This document shows positions 26,661 through 37,662 of a stretch of 64,000 nt of DNA, piece after piece. The notes beneath the pieces were generated by a model. That model searched no databases. It was not told where the DNA came from and saw nothing but the letters and a program-made list of their open reading frames with translations. Location: contig RHPI01001507.1 in assembly GCA_009103225.1 (NCBI GenBank), positions 354,805 through 418,804 on the forward strand. The letters run 5' to 3'. The translations under genes were made by a program, and so were the position numbers. Origin of the DNA: Chlorokybus atmophyticus (Eukaryota; Plantae; Mesostigma and Chlorokybus algae). The stretch's first letter is position 1, and every line of letters begins with the position of its first letter.

Positions 26661-27562
26661 TCTCTTGGCAGCATAGACTGAGATCTCAAGTTCTCTAGGA
26701 TTACATCCCCAGTTCCTGTGTAGTGTCAACTATGTACGTTATGCAACCTGGCAATTTGGCCATATTTACTGGTACCAGGCAACCACATAATGTGCTTTAC
26801 TCCGTCGCAATAGACTAGTTTAACGCATGCAGAATTGAAGTCCCTTGCAACTTGGCAGTGTTTACCGCTACCACACAGCGCATGCACATGCACATGCACT
26901 TCAGTCATGCGCTTACTACACGTTCGTCGACCAGGCGCAACCAAGATCCAGCCTCCTGGCAGCCTCTTGGCTGCCCTCCGTCCTGCCGCCGCCGCCGCTG
27001 CCGCCTGCGCCCGGCTGTACGTAGGCTGCTATAATTAGGGTTTCATTGCAGGGCATTGAGTCCGCATGTAGGTTCCACCGTGAGCACGCAGAGCGGTAGC
27101 GCCCTTAGCGACAAGCCGGTGCTGGCGGCGGTCTTTGGCGGCAAGGAGGCAAGATGGAAAGGTGCGCCTTGGTTTGGCTTGCATAGACAGCCTGTGCGTT
27201 GGCTTGCATGCACAGTCTGTGCTTCTAAGCAACCATCAGTCACATCAAGCGCAAGGTCAACAAGCTGCCCCCGGCTGTTTGAAACTGAGTTGCCTAGCAG
27301 TGTGCTGTAGCAGGGATCTGTAGCACAAGCAGTCTTCATCATATGCTCCGGCATTTTCTGATTGTTATGTGCATTGCATGCACTCATTCGTTTTTGTGTC
27401 GTATGCTCAACCCTGTTACATGCATTGCATTTGACAATCAGTTCTTTTGTGTGCAGTATGCTCAGCACTGTAAAGTGATAGCAAATGCCTGTTGCTTAGC
27501 ATTGCAACATGGAGGTAGCTAGCACGTGTACGTATAGGTGCCAGGAAGTTTTGCTGTAGTAC

Positions 27563-30500
27563 ATGTTGCAGGCAGGGGACGCTGGCTTAACCTCCAAACC
27601 TCAGTTAACTAGTAGGCAAGCTGAGGAAGCTGAGGACGCTGGCATGGCCTCTCAATCTCAGCGCCCAACCAGAAAGCAAGCACAGCAGGCGATAGCCAAC
27701 CTGACGCAGCAGCTTGCCAGTCGAAAACGCAAGGCACCGAATGACAAGGAGGTAAGCAGCAGTTCAACACGCTTGCACACATGATGTCTTGCTGCGCTGG
27801 TTGTATTCAATGCGTTAAATGCACAAGACAGTTGATTACAGCTGTAACGTGGTGCTGCGAGAGCTGCCAAGTTTGCGGCTGCACTCTCAGTTGGCTTCAA
27901 GCCAGTCCATTGTTGTGACGGTGCTCGTGCCTTGTCACCTGTGAGTTGGTCCAATCCACAACCCTCTCACCAAGACACGGTATTCACACCGGAACCTTGC
28001 CCCCTCTGCCAAGCACACACGCGCGCCCCGCCACTCGCGTACGCACGCGCATGCGCTCGAAGCTACACACCGACTTGTGTAGCGCCTTGGATCGTCACAC
28101 AACCAAGCACACACCGGTGGGCACACGCTAGCAACCTCTGCTAACCACCACCAAGCTTGCACACAAGAAACTAGGGAGCTAAAGGTTGTATTGCAAGTTG
28201 TAGAATGTCACTTTTATACCTACCAGTCTGCACATGCTACTGTCTAGACGATTCTAGCGCTAGACGAAACTAGAAGCTAAGATATTCTTGCATAATCTTG
28301 TAGTAAACTTCTAGACCTTTCCAACGCACCAAAGATCTCCTAATTTGCTGCTCATATGGTCAAGTTATACTACTTGGCGCCAGGCCCTTCCAGAAATCTG
28401 GTCGAGCCCTTCTCGACTGGCCCTCCGTTTTCTGGCACCTTCCGGACTGGTCTTGGGGCCCCGGTCGATATCCGCGGCAGACTCATAACTCGCCGATATC
28501 CGCCACAAGTCATTAAAAACATGTACCTTACAAATAAGGCCTAAGACGGCCATGAAAATCACAGAATTTGGCCTTGACTGTTACACTCCTTCCCCCCCAG
28601 GTGAGCTTCGTCCTCGAAGCTCGCGAGGTTGTCATCGAGCAAGATAGGCACGCACAACGTCTTGAGCATTATTCAAGTGTGCCTCTGGCTCCCAGGATGC
28701 TTCATGCAACGGATAGCCTTTCCATTTCACTAAGAACTTGCGTACGCCATGCACAAACTTCTCACCAAGGATGTCTTCTACCTCCCACTCGGGTTCACCG
28801 TCTGTGCCAACTTCGGGGGGTGGCCTTTCTGGCGGTTGTCCTCGATATGCTTTCAGAAGGGAGACGTGAAAAACGGGGTGCACACGCATGGTGTCGGGTA
28901 GCTCCAACTTGTACGCCACGTCCGAGATAACTTTGCTGACCTTAAATGGTCCCAACCAGCGTTCATTCAGCTTGCGAACTCCCGTACGCACCTGGACGTG
29001 CTTCGCGGAGAGTAACACAATGTCGCCTTCCTGCAACGTGAGGTGTCGGCGATGCGCGTCCGCGTACTGCTTCTGCCGATTTTGTGCCACCAATAACGCA
29101 TCCCTAGCTGCCTTGTTAATGTCCGCGCACTTTGTAAGGAAGTCATTAGCTGCCTCCACACGCACGTCATGTCGTCGCGGTGTCCATGCCGTCAACGGTG
29201 TCAATGGATGTTGCCCGTAGTTCATAAGGAAGGGAGTGACACCTGTGCTTGCATTGTGGTGGTTGTTGATCGCAAACTCAACCAACTCAAGCAGCTCCTC
29301 CCAATTGTCTTGTCGCGCGTTAACGTAGCAACGCAGCATGTCCTCGATCACACGGTTGGCCCGCTCCGTTTGCCCATCAGTTTGCGGGTGGAATGCCGTG
29401 CTAAACTTCAGTGTGGTACCCAGTGCACTATGCAGCGCCTCCCAAAACTTACTTGTAAAGCGCGGGTCGCGATCACTCACAATGCTTCGTGGTAATCCAT
29501 GAGAACGAAATACATGCTTCACGAACAAGCGTGCTGCCTCCGGTGCCGTGCAAGACTCACTACACGGTGCCAAGCGTACCATTTTGCTGGTTTTATCGAC
29601 GAACACAAGTATAGCGTCGTACCCTTCTTTTGTCTTTGGTAGCCCCGTGATAAAGTCCATGGTAACTTGCTCCCACTTGGACAATGGCACAGGGAGAGGT
29701 TGCAGCAACCCACCTGGCTTTTGGTTGCTTGCCTTCACCCTTTGGCATGCGTCGCACAACGCCACGTAGTCGCGCACATCGCGATGCATCTCTCGCCAGT
29801 AAAAACGCTGTTTTAAGCTTGCCAAAGTCCTTTCCAACCCTTGGTGACCAGCAATGGGCACATCATGAGCTTCCTTCAGCAACTTCACACGGATATGCGC
29901 GACGTTGGGGATGTACAAGCGCCCATGGTGCCACAGCAGCCCGTCGCGCATTGACCAGTGCCCACTTGTGTCCGTAGCTGTATTTTCCAGCTCTTGCAAC
30001 ACTTTCATACCCTCCGTGTCTTCACGAAGCACTTGCCGAATCTGGTCGGTCCACTCGGGCTGCACTTGAGCGAGTGCCTCAATTGCATTAAGCCGGCTCA
30101 GCGCGTCAGCAACACCATTTGACGTACCGGGCTTGTACTTGATATCGAAGTTAAAAAGTTGAAAGAACTCAAGCCATCGAGCTTGTCTGCGACTCAGATG
30201 AGGTTGTGTTTGTAAGTACCTCAGTGGAGAGTGATCCGTCTCAAGCACGAACTTTTTGCCTTCCAGAAAACAACGCCATTGTCGTAGCGCCATGACTTGC
30301 GCTAAAAGTTCCTTCTCGTGCACGGGGTAATTCAGCTCCGCACCACTCATCTTCTTGCTGAAGAATGCTACTGGTTGAAGGCCGTTGCCATGGTCTTGCT
30401 GCAAAACAGCTCCTACGGCTGTGTCGGACGCGTCGCAAGCCAAAATAAATGTCTTTTCCATGTTGGGGTGAGCCAGGACTGGTGCCTCCGTCAGCGCCTT

Positions 30501-33500
30501 CTTCAACGCAGCAAATGCATGTTCCTCTGTTGCTGACCAGCTCCAATGCTTTCCCTTCTTGAGTAGGGTAGTCAAGGGAGCAGCTATGCGCGAAAACCCC
30601 ATGATAAACTTGCGATAATACCCCGCAAGGCCTAAAAAGGACATCACCTCCTTTACATTGGTCGGGGCAGCCCACTCGCGCACCACCTGCACTTTGTTGG
30701 GGTCCGGCTTGATGCCTTCATGCGACACAATGTGGCCTAGGTACTCCACCTCTCGAAGCAAGAATTTGCACTTTTGTAGCTGGGCGTACAACTTGTGTTC
30801 GCGCAAACGCTGCAACACGCGCCGTAGAAGTGCCACGTGCTCCTCCTTTGTTGTCGCGTACACCAAAATGTCGTCGAGGTACACGAGGACTCCCTTACCA
30901 ATCAAGTCAGCAAAAACGCTGTTCATAAGCGTTTGAAATGTTGCCGGTGCGTTCGTAAGTCCGAAAGACATGACCAACCACTCGAAGTGCCCATAACGTG
31001 TGTTAAAAGCTGTTTTCTCCACATCCTCGGGCGCGATGCGAATTTGGTGATAACCTCCAGCAAGATCAAGTGTTGTGAAGTACTGCGCACCTTGCAATTG
31101 CTCCAGCAACTCGTCGATACGTGGGAGTGGAAAGCAATTCCTCTTCGTGATGTTGTTGAGAGCTCGGTAGTCGACGCACATGCGCAAGCTCCCGTTCTTC
31201 TTTCGTACAAACAAAATAGGTGCACCATAGGGGGACTTACTAGGCCTGATGTAGCCTCTTTTCAGCAAGTCCGCCACCTGCCTCTCGGCCTCTTCCAGTT
31301 CCAAAGGTGACAACTTGTATACGGGTCGATACGGTGGCTTGTGCACGCCCTCAATCAGCTCCACACGGTGGTCTACGCTCCGTGGAGGTGGTAGACCAGA
31401 TGGAAGTCCGTCCACCATGATATCTTGGTATTCTTTAACAAGTTTACACACCTCGGGGTCCATAGTAGCCGTCTGAACATCGTCACTCAGCTCCGGTGCT
31501 GACTTTGCAGTGTTTTCGCGCACCACGCACAACCATGCAGCCTTTGCCTTCCGTGGAGACAATAACTTCCTCAATTGCACATAAGAGATCTGGGCAATTG
31601 TCGTACCACCTAATTGTGCGTGCCGCGCCTCGATGACGTCCGATGCAGCTTGAATGGACTCTCCACCGTTTCGCTCGATGGTGAGCACGCGCTTCCTCCA
31701 ATTGATGGCTGGATTATGTTGCCATAGCCACGGTAGTCCCAAAATCCCATCAAACCCGTTCCGTAGATTGATGCAGCAAAACCGCATGCTCTCCTTCATC
31801 TTCCCAATGCAAACGCACAACTCTTTGGTCATAAACGCAGCGCCATCACCTCCAGAGGGTGGCTCTCCATCAGCGAGCTTCACTTCACCTCCTCGTAATG
31901 ACGAAAGCCAACCGTAACGCCGCGCAATATCAATACTCATAAAGTTGCTGTTGGCACCGCTATCAATCATGAGCTTACACTCTCTCCATCGTCCTTGGTC
32001 ATCGCAAATGTGTGCTCGAAGCCCGAAGTACTTTGTTGTCTCCTCGTTTGCATAACTCACCACCATTGGCGCGTTCAAAGCCATCTCTTCTTGCTTCTTT
32101 AATGGAAATGTCACAGCATCCGTCCGTGCATGAGGCTCCTTCCTATCCCCAGCAGTAGCCTCCTCACCTACTGGGGGAAGTCGTTTTCCTGCTCCACGCC
32201 ATTTTGCTCCATGGTGTTGACGCGACGATCACGGCGAGGGTTGCCATCCGGTGTTGGCCTTTGCGTGCTTCGTTTGGGGCATCCGTACGCCAAATGCTCC
32301 GTCGACCCACACGCATAACACTTGCGCACACCTTTACCTCTTTCACCACGTCCGCCGTGCTTCGCCTCACTTCCATGCGTGTGTATGGCACCCACCTCCA
32401 TTGGTGCAGGCCCAGAGTCAGCTCCACCTCCATTGGCAAGTGCTGAACTTGGTTCTCCTCGTCTCCATGCATGTTGAAAGCCTCCCCGGGGCTGATCACC
32501 ATGCCTTTGCCTCCAGTCAGTGTTTCTTGTGGTGGACTTGAAGTACAACGCGTCGAGACGCTCCGCGATGCGTATAGCCTCCGCGAGTGTCTTCGGGTCC
32601 CGTAGCTCCACTTCTTTACGCCCCAAAGGTTTTAAACCACGTGTATACCTGTCCAACTGCTCCTCCTCGGTCATATTGGGTATGGACATCACCAATCGCT
32701 GAAACGCGGCCGTGTACGCCATCACCGACCCCATTTGCACAAGGGCTGCAAGTTTGTCGCGTGCGGCCTTCACGCTCTCAACGGGAACAAATTGATGCCT
32801 GACCTCCAGTGCCAACTCTTCCATGGTGGTCAATGGTAGCGCCAACCCGTTTGCAACACGCGTACATCGATGCCTCCACCACACAAGTGCTGCACCTTCA
32901 AGCAATGTCGCTGCAACCTCCACGTGCAGATGCGTGGGCACCTCCGTGAGCTTCAACCAAGACGATACTTGAAAAATCCATTCATCCACTGCATCTCCAT
33001 CACGTTGACCCTTGAATGGCTTGGGCTTTGGCACCTTCACATGCACGCGCGAGCTTGATGCCATGGGAATTTGTACACGCGCCATCGCATGCTCATACGC
33101 CTCGCGTTGTGCTTGTGCCGCCGCTTGAGTGTGATGAAGCTCTTCCCTCAGTGCCAAGATGGCAGCTTGAAGCTCTTCCATGCGAGCATCCTCCATCTCC
33201 ACTAACACACTACACTCCGCTTCCGAATGAAAAGTGTAAACGCCCACACACTTCCTCTCTCACCTTCGTAAACCGTGCTCCGATACCAGTTGTGACGGTG
33301 CTCGTGCCTTGTCACCTGTGAGTTGGTCCAATCCACAACCCTCTCACCAAGACACGGTATTCACACCGGAACCTTGCCCCCTCTGCCAAGCACACACGCG
33401 CGCCCCGCCACTCGCGTACGCACGCGCATGCGCTCGAAGCTACACACCGACTTGTGTAGCGCCTTGGATCGTCACACAAGCAAGCACACACCGGTGGGCA

Positions 33501-36500
33501 CACGCTAGCAACCCCTGCTAACCACCACCAAGCTTGCACACAAGAAACTAGGGAGCTAAAGGTTGTATTGCAAGTTGTAGAATGTCACTTTTATACCTAC
33601 CAGTCTGCACATGCTACTGTCTAGACGATTCTAGCGCTAGACGAAACTAGAAGCTAAGATATTCTTGCATAATCTTGTAGTAAACTTCTAGACCTTTCCA
33701 ACGCACCAAAGATCTCCTAATTTGCTGCTCATATGGTCAAGTTATACTACTTGGCGCCAGGCCCTTCCAGAAATCTGGTCGAGCCCTTCTCGACTGGCCC
33801 TCCGTTTTCTGGCACCTTCCGGACTGGTCTTGGGGGCCCGGTCGATATCCGCGGCAGACTCATAACTCGCCGATATCCGCCACAAGTCATTAAAAACATG
33901 TACCTTACAAATAAGGCCTAAGACGGCCATGAAAATCACAGAATTTGGCCTTGACTGTTACAATTGTGCACCTGCGCTTGACTGCAAGCTGCAATGTTTG
34001 AAAGTTGCCAAGCTTACAGTTGATGCTAGTTCTATAGAACTATCTGCTAACTTACTACCTGCAGGCTACCCAAGCAGTGACTCAACCAAAGCAAGCTCCA
34101 TCAGCACTGATCGAGGCTTCACCCTTGCCTGCAACAACCACCACAACAGCGTCGGCCCGACGCACCAGCCAAGTCTACCAGCCAACTACAACGTATAGGT
34201 ACACAAGCAGCAATACCAGTACTAGTAGTTGATCGGAGCACTCTCACCAATGCATTTCCTAGTAGGCTTACAGCTGCTGCTATTTGCAACCTTGCAACAT
34301 TGAATCTCACATTGCTCTACAGGTCTAGTGCTGTAACGTATGAGTTGCATGACACTGTGGTTGTGCCGTGGGCAGTTAGCGATGACGAAGACGATGAAAT
34401 GGATGAGGAGAGGAACGCCCACAATGACTTGGACGATGAACTTGAAGATGACGACGACAACATTGATCAAGATGATGTTGCCGGTCATCCTCCGGCAAGC
34501 AACGCACGCGCCTTTCTTGATGACATAGCTCAAGGTGCGGTTGACATGAACATAGTTTATGGCGCTCGGCGCATGTCACACTATCAGTAGTAATTGCTTG
34601 ATAACATGCGCTTGCAGTTGGTGGCAACCAACTGCCTGTGGCTGCGCGTCAACGCGCGCAAAGCACTAGACCGCCACAAGTGACCAGCGAGGTGCTGCTT
34701 CCAGCGCACACCCACACCAGGCCCATCGCCGCTCAGATTATAGCGGCGCGCGATCAAGCGCGACTTCATAGCAGTGCACGCCGTGACGTTGCAACACGCG
34801 TGCCTACTAGTGCAACTGAGCAGCGTAGCGCGCGATCTGCGTCAAGCTTGGATGTACTCAAGGACTACCTCAATACGGCAGGCAGCAATGCCAATCCCGC
34901 ATTAGTTCAACTAATACTTGTGAGTAACTGAGTGCGCATGCTTTGCACATGTTCACATGCAAGCATTGACTGTTGTATTGCTTGCAGCAAGCTCAAGTTG
35001 GAGCATCAGGGCTGGTGGCTTCAGCATGAGACGCCTCACCCTTGTCCTTCTGACTTGTGAAGGTCGTGCCGCGCCACCCTGCAGGTTGAGTAGTCGCTAC
35101 AATTCGTAGTCGCTACAGGCCCTGCAGGTGTCGCTGCTTCTTTACTGCTGAAGCATAGCGTGTTCTATCCAGATGAGACAGCATTACGGCAGGCGTTACT
35201 GACGGCGCTGGTCCTGCAAGGGTGTGCCCTGCATGAAGCGCAACACGCGGTCAAACCCGCGCTTGTCGCGGTGAGTGGCTTTTCATCATTATAGTGCGCT
35301 GCCTTGCAACATTAAATGCATTCTTCCCTTAACAGTTGTGACCCTTGCATGTTTGACAGGACGTAATGAAGCGCTTGCGCGAGCGAAGGGGAACCAAGTC
35401 GAACGAAATCCGCAAAGCTTTCGAGTACTTCTACCAGCTGCCTATGCTCTACAACGGTAAACCCACAGCCGCGCGGCTTGCACAGCTTGCGGCATTGAAG
35501 AAAGGTAAGGGCATGTACGCGTGTATGTCTTGAACTCAACTCGTTGACGTGCAAGGTTGCATTCAATGTTTGGAACTTTACAGATAGCGCATACCGCCGC
35601 CATGGACGCTGAGAATGGGGTGACGAGCGGTTCGGACGTTTGCTGCAAAAAGTTTGGTGCTCGCAGCGAGAAGCAGGTACGCGGTGCAGAGCTTCACATT
35701 CTGTTGCAGTTTTAGAATCTACGACCTTCATGTGGTAGGTGATGTACATTAACTAATATATCGCACAAAGGTCCAGCGCCAGCTGACATGTGGAGCTGGC
35801 GCTGGACCTTTTCAACTCTGATGTTTGCAACCTTCACTCTACATGAAAGTCCAACGCCAGCTGCACAATGTAAAGCTGGCGCTGGACCTTTCCAGCTCTG
35901 ATGTTTGCAACCTTCACATCATTTCAAGGTCCAGCGCCAGCTCCACATGTGCAGCTGGCGTTGGACCTTTTCAGCTCTACTGTTTGTGTTTACATAAAGG
36001 TCCAGCGCCAGCTCCACATGTGGACTCCCCAGGTTGGCGCTTGACCTTTTCAGCTCCGTTGTTTGCCACTTTCATTCGTGCCACTTTCATGCAATCCAAT
36101 ATCTGCCCTTAGGTGATGTGGAGCTGGCGCTGGACAGCGAGGAAGAGGAAAGCGAGGCGACGCCGTTGCGCGTAGCTGTCACAAAGGAGCAGCTGGCTTT
36201 CACAGTCGCTGTGGTAAGTACGTGATGCATGCTTGATTGAAACAAGGTTAGCAAAGGAGTCACAACACTTTGTAGGTGCGATTGCTCGCGTGCGAATGAA
36301 CTTCATGCACTCATGCTTCTTGCACAGGTCTCAGTTCCTTGTCAATCAAACCATTCAAGACAAAAAAGACCATGTTGCCTACTTCAACAAGGTTGTCCAG
36401 TATGTTAACAACACCCACATGGACACGCTTGAGATTGTTAACGCGCCGGCACTGCCTACTGTTGAAGGCCTGCCGGGAGGGGAAGGCGATCTTGAAGACG

Positions 36501-36520
36501 CGGAAGACTTCACCATTTGA
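27563..36520 (+). CDS. Multi-exon accessory protein of element 1 (unknown function); the gypsy element lies in its intronic region; approximate bounds
   Basis: Spliceable exons (..RKRKAPNDKE|GTAAG; 34066-34197 ATQAVTQ..TTTYR; 34323 onward SSAVTYE..acidic tract; DVELALDSEEEESEATPLRVAVTKEQLAFTVAV|GTAAG; SQFLVNQ..EDFTI stop). Confidence 0.55.
27914..28585 (-). repeat. 3' LTR (672 bp)
   Basis: Direct repeat of 33291-33962; only 3 substitutions noticed. Confidence 0.97.
28586..28598 (-). other. Polypurine tract GGGGGGGAAGGAG
   Basis: Abuts the 3' LTR on the element strand. Confidence 0.9.
28632..32189 (-). CDS. pol: Pol (protease-RT-RNase H-integrase-chromodomain), probably expressed by -1 frameshift from gag
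   Basis: IDSGA protease, YLDD RT, CDAS RNase H, HHCC (HDVPIAGH..CDAC), MDFITGLP integrase, GPF motif, chromodomain WEVEDIL...FLVKWKGY...SWEP. ORF 28632-32114 stays open back to the slip site. Confidence 0.97.
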   Translation of the reverse strand, partial: GKRLPPVGEEATAGDRKEPHARTDAVTFPLKKQEEMALNAPMVVSYANEETTKYFGLRAHICDDQGRWRECKLMIDSGANSNFMSIDIARRYGWLSSLRGGEVKLADGEPPSGGDGAAFMTKELCVCIGKMKESMRFCCINLRNGFDGILGLPWLWQHNPAINWRKRVLTIERNGGESIQAASDVIEARHAQLGGTTIAQISYVQLRKLLSPRKAKAAWLCVVRENTAKSAPELSDDVQTATMDPEVCKLVKEYQDIMVDGLPSGLPPPRSVDHRVELIEGVHKPPYRPVYKLSPLELEEAERQVADLLKRGYIRPSKSPYGAPILFVRKKNGSLRMCVDYRALNNITKRNCFPLPRIDELLEQLQGAQYFTTLDLAGGYHQIRIAPEDVEKTAFNTRYGHFEWLVMSFGLTNAPATFQTLMNSVFADLIGKGVLVYLDDILVYATTKEEHVALLRRVLQRLREHKLYAQLQKCKFLLREVEYLGHIVSHEGIKPDPNKVQVVREWAAPTNVKEVMSFLGLAGYYRKFIMGFSRIAAPLTTLLKKGKHWSWSATEEHAFAALKKALTEAPVLAHPNMEKTFILACDASDTAVGAVLQQDHGNGLQPVAFFSKKMSGAELNYPVHEKELLAQVMALRQWRCFLEGKKFVLETDHSPLRYLQTQPHLSRRQARWLEFFQLFNFDIKYKPGTSNGVADALSRLNAIEALAQVQPEWTDQIRQVLREDTEGMKVLQELENTATDTSGHWSMRDGLLWHHGRLYIPNVAHIRVKLLKEAHDVPIAGHQGLERTLASLKQRFYWREMHRDVRDYVALCDACQRVKASNQKPGGLLQPLPVPLSKWEQVTMDFITGLPKTKEGYDAILVFVDKTSKMVRLAPCSESCTAPEAARLFVKHVFRSHGLPRSIVSDRDPRFTSKFWEALHSALGTTLKFSTAFHPQTDGQTERANRVIEDMLRCYVNARQDNWEELLELVEFAINNHHNASTGVTPFLMNYGQHPLTPLTAWTPRRHDVRVEAANDFLTKCADINKAARDALLVAQNRQKQYADAHRRHLTLQEGDIVLLSAKHVQVRTGVRKLNERWLGPFKVSKVISDVAYKLELPDTMRVHPVFHVSLLKAYRGQPPERPPPEVGTDGEPEWEVEDILGEKFVHGVRKFLVKWKGYPLHEASWEPEAHLNNAQDVVRAYLAR
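32147..32189 (-). other. Candidate -1 programmed ribosomal frameshift signal
   Basis: G GAA AAC heptamer at the end of gag, followed by a CCCCAGTAG/CTACTG(CTG)GGG stem; the -1 frame continues into pol. Confidence 0.65.
32168..33247 (-). CDS. gag: Gag with CCHC zinc knuckle
   Basis: Retrotransposon gag core (LLEGAALVWW, YTAAFQRL, YTRGL) and CYACGSTEHLAYGC. Confidence 0.95.
   Translation of the reverse strand: MGVYTFHSEAECSVLVEMEDARMEELQAAILALREELHHTQAAAQAQREAYEHAMARVQIPMASSSRVHVKVPKPKPFKGQRDGDAVDEWIFQVSSWLKLTEVPTHLHVEVAATLLEGAALVWWRHRCTRVANGLALPLTTMEELALEVRHQFVPVESVKAARDKLAALVQMGSVMAYTAAFQRLVMSIPNMTEEEQLDRYTRGLKPLGRKEVELRDPKTLAEAIRIAERLDALYFKSTTRNTDWRQRHGDQPRGGFQHAWRRGEPSSALANGGGADSGPAPMEVGAIHTHGSEAKHGGRGERGKGVRKCYACGSTEHLAYGCPKRSTQRPTPDGNPRRDRRVNTMEQNGVEQENDFPQ
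33277..33288 (-). other. Primer binding site (tRNA-iMet type) TGGTATCGGAGC
   Basis: Two nt inside the 5' LTR; close to the canonical TGGTATCAGAGC. Confidence 0.9.
33291..33962 (-). repeat. 5' LTR (672 bp)
   Basis: Direct repeat of 27914-28585. Confidence 0.97.
35767..36051. repeat. Tandem array of four palindromic units (AAGGTCCAGCGCCAGCT...AGCTGGCGCTGGACCTT), ~75-80 bp period
   Basis: Unit 1 has a perfect 18-bp stem (35767-35784 / 35794-35811); degenerate copies start near 35846, 35925 and 35996. Confidence 0.9.
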
Positions 36521-36769
36521 GTGGTAGTTGTGCTTGCATGCAGTAGCAGTTGATTGTGTTAGCTTGTGTCGTACGGCACAAGGCACAATCCTTGTAAAAC
36601 CCCACAAGGGCACACCTGCAGAGTTCTACTAGCGTTGTGTCGTAGTAGACCAGTGTGGACTTGAACTTCCAGCGCTCACATTGAGCGCGACATGTATTGT
36701 AACCACAATGTTCTTGATTGGCACTTTGCATTCACATTGAACAGGTACTTGTTCAATATGACTGCAACG

Positions 36770-36920
36770 TGCATTCTACATCATGTCAACGACCGTTGAT
36801 GTTAGGTTAAGCGATGCTGCAACAACACAGCATCAATGCGACTGCTATGTGCATTCTACAGCATGTCAACGACCATCAAGTCAACGTCAAGTGATGCTGC
36901 AACAACACAACATCAACGCT
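36770..36920. repeat. Two-copy ~80-bp subterminal tandem repeat of element 1
   Basis: GTGCATTCTACA(T/G)CATGTCAACGACC...GATGCTGCAACAACACA(G/A)CATCAA occurs twice. Confidence 0.8.
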
Positions 36921-37662
36921 TGGCACAAGGGGTTGTGTTGATAACACATGCATGTTGCATCAGCGTTAGAAGTATATGACATGTGCATGCATCAACATCT
37001 GTTTTGTTCAACGTTGCACAACACCAACCTTGCATGCAATCAGTGTCAAAGCAATCGTCGTCAAGGCGATAGCAATTGCATGCGTGTGTGACATGTTAAC
37101 AACAGGCATTGTACAATGAGCACTCAACCAATGCCACTTCAGCAATCTTTGTTACTTCAATACAAAGTAGCGTGAGGCAGTGCTAATGCTATGTTGAAAC
37201 AACTCGTCTACACTTTGGTGACGATGGCAGGTAGTTAGGCCATTCTGTTCTTGTGTTCCATCCGGACCCAAATATCTAAGCTTACTTTCTGCTGCATGCA
37301 CATTAGCGCATGTGGAAATGACCGACAGGAGAGCAGAATGACCTGACAACTCAACTCTCTATGCATGGAACACGACACATAGCAACACCAGTGCAACAGA
37401 TGAGTCGTGTGCAACATAGTGCATGCTTCTGCGGGCAGCAAGGCATCCGAGCCCGACAGTGAGGCGAGTCAGTCCAAAAAAGAGCACGTGCCTACCTGCG
37501 GAAGTCAGGGCTCGTTCGTTATAGGCTGACCACCGCACAGCAGCCCGCCTTGCTGCTGCCCGCATGTGTCAATGCTGCGGCGGCTGTCGACCCGCCATGT
37601 CCTCATATCTCGAGCTATCCAAAGTATTTTCGCCGTCTACCACTAAGACAACGTGACTCTCG

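Larger units (their letters stand above)
27914..33962 (-). mobile_element. Full-length Ty3/gypsy chromovirus LTR retrotransposon
   Basis: Two 672-bp LTRs (TG...CA), 5-bp TSD ATTGT (27909-27913, 33963-33967), PBS, PPT, and uninterrupted gag and pol ORFs with a C-terminal chromodomain. Confidence 0.98.
21055..37223. mobile_element. Complete Plavaka/CMC-type DNA transposon (element 1; ~10.1 kb without the nested retrotransposon)
   Basis: TIRs CCTCACCAAACTGTAGTACAGTTGTATTAATAT and (reverse complement) CGTCACCAAAGTGTAGACGAGTTGTTTCAACAT, 25/33 identical. AT duplicated at 21053-21054 and 37224-37225 versus a single AT at 4942-4943 in the uninterrupted paralog. Contains a Plavaka transposase. Confidence 0.88.

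Noticed and set aside
26700-26725. CACTA-like terminus (reverse complement CACTACACAGGAAC)
   Set aside because: No partner repeat was found; the true ends of element 1 at 21055 and 37223 are supported by TIRs and a TSD.
28356-28562. Small ORFs duplicated at 33733-33939 and 27932-28162 / 33309-33539
   Set aside because: They lie within the LTRs; the duplication reflects LTR identity, not conserved coding.
35767-36051. CRISPR-like array of palindromic repeats
   Set aside because: Eukaryotic intronic context, no cas genes, repeat arms in both orientations, and spacers that are themselves repeated.
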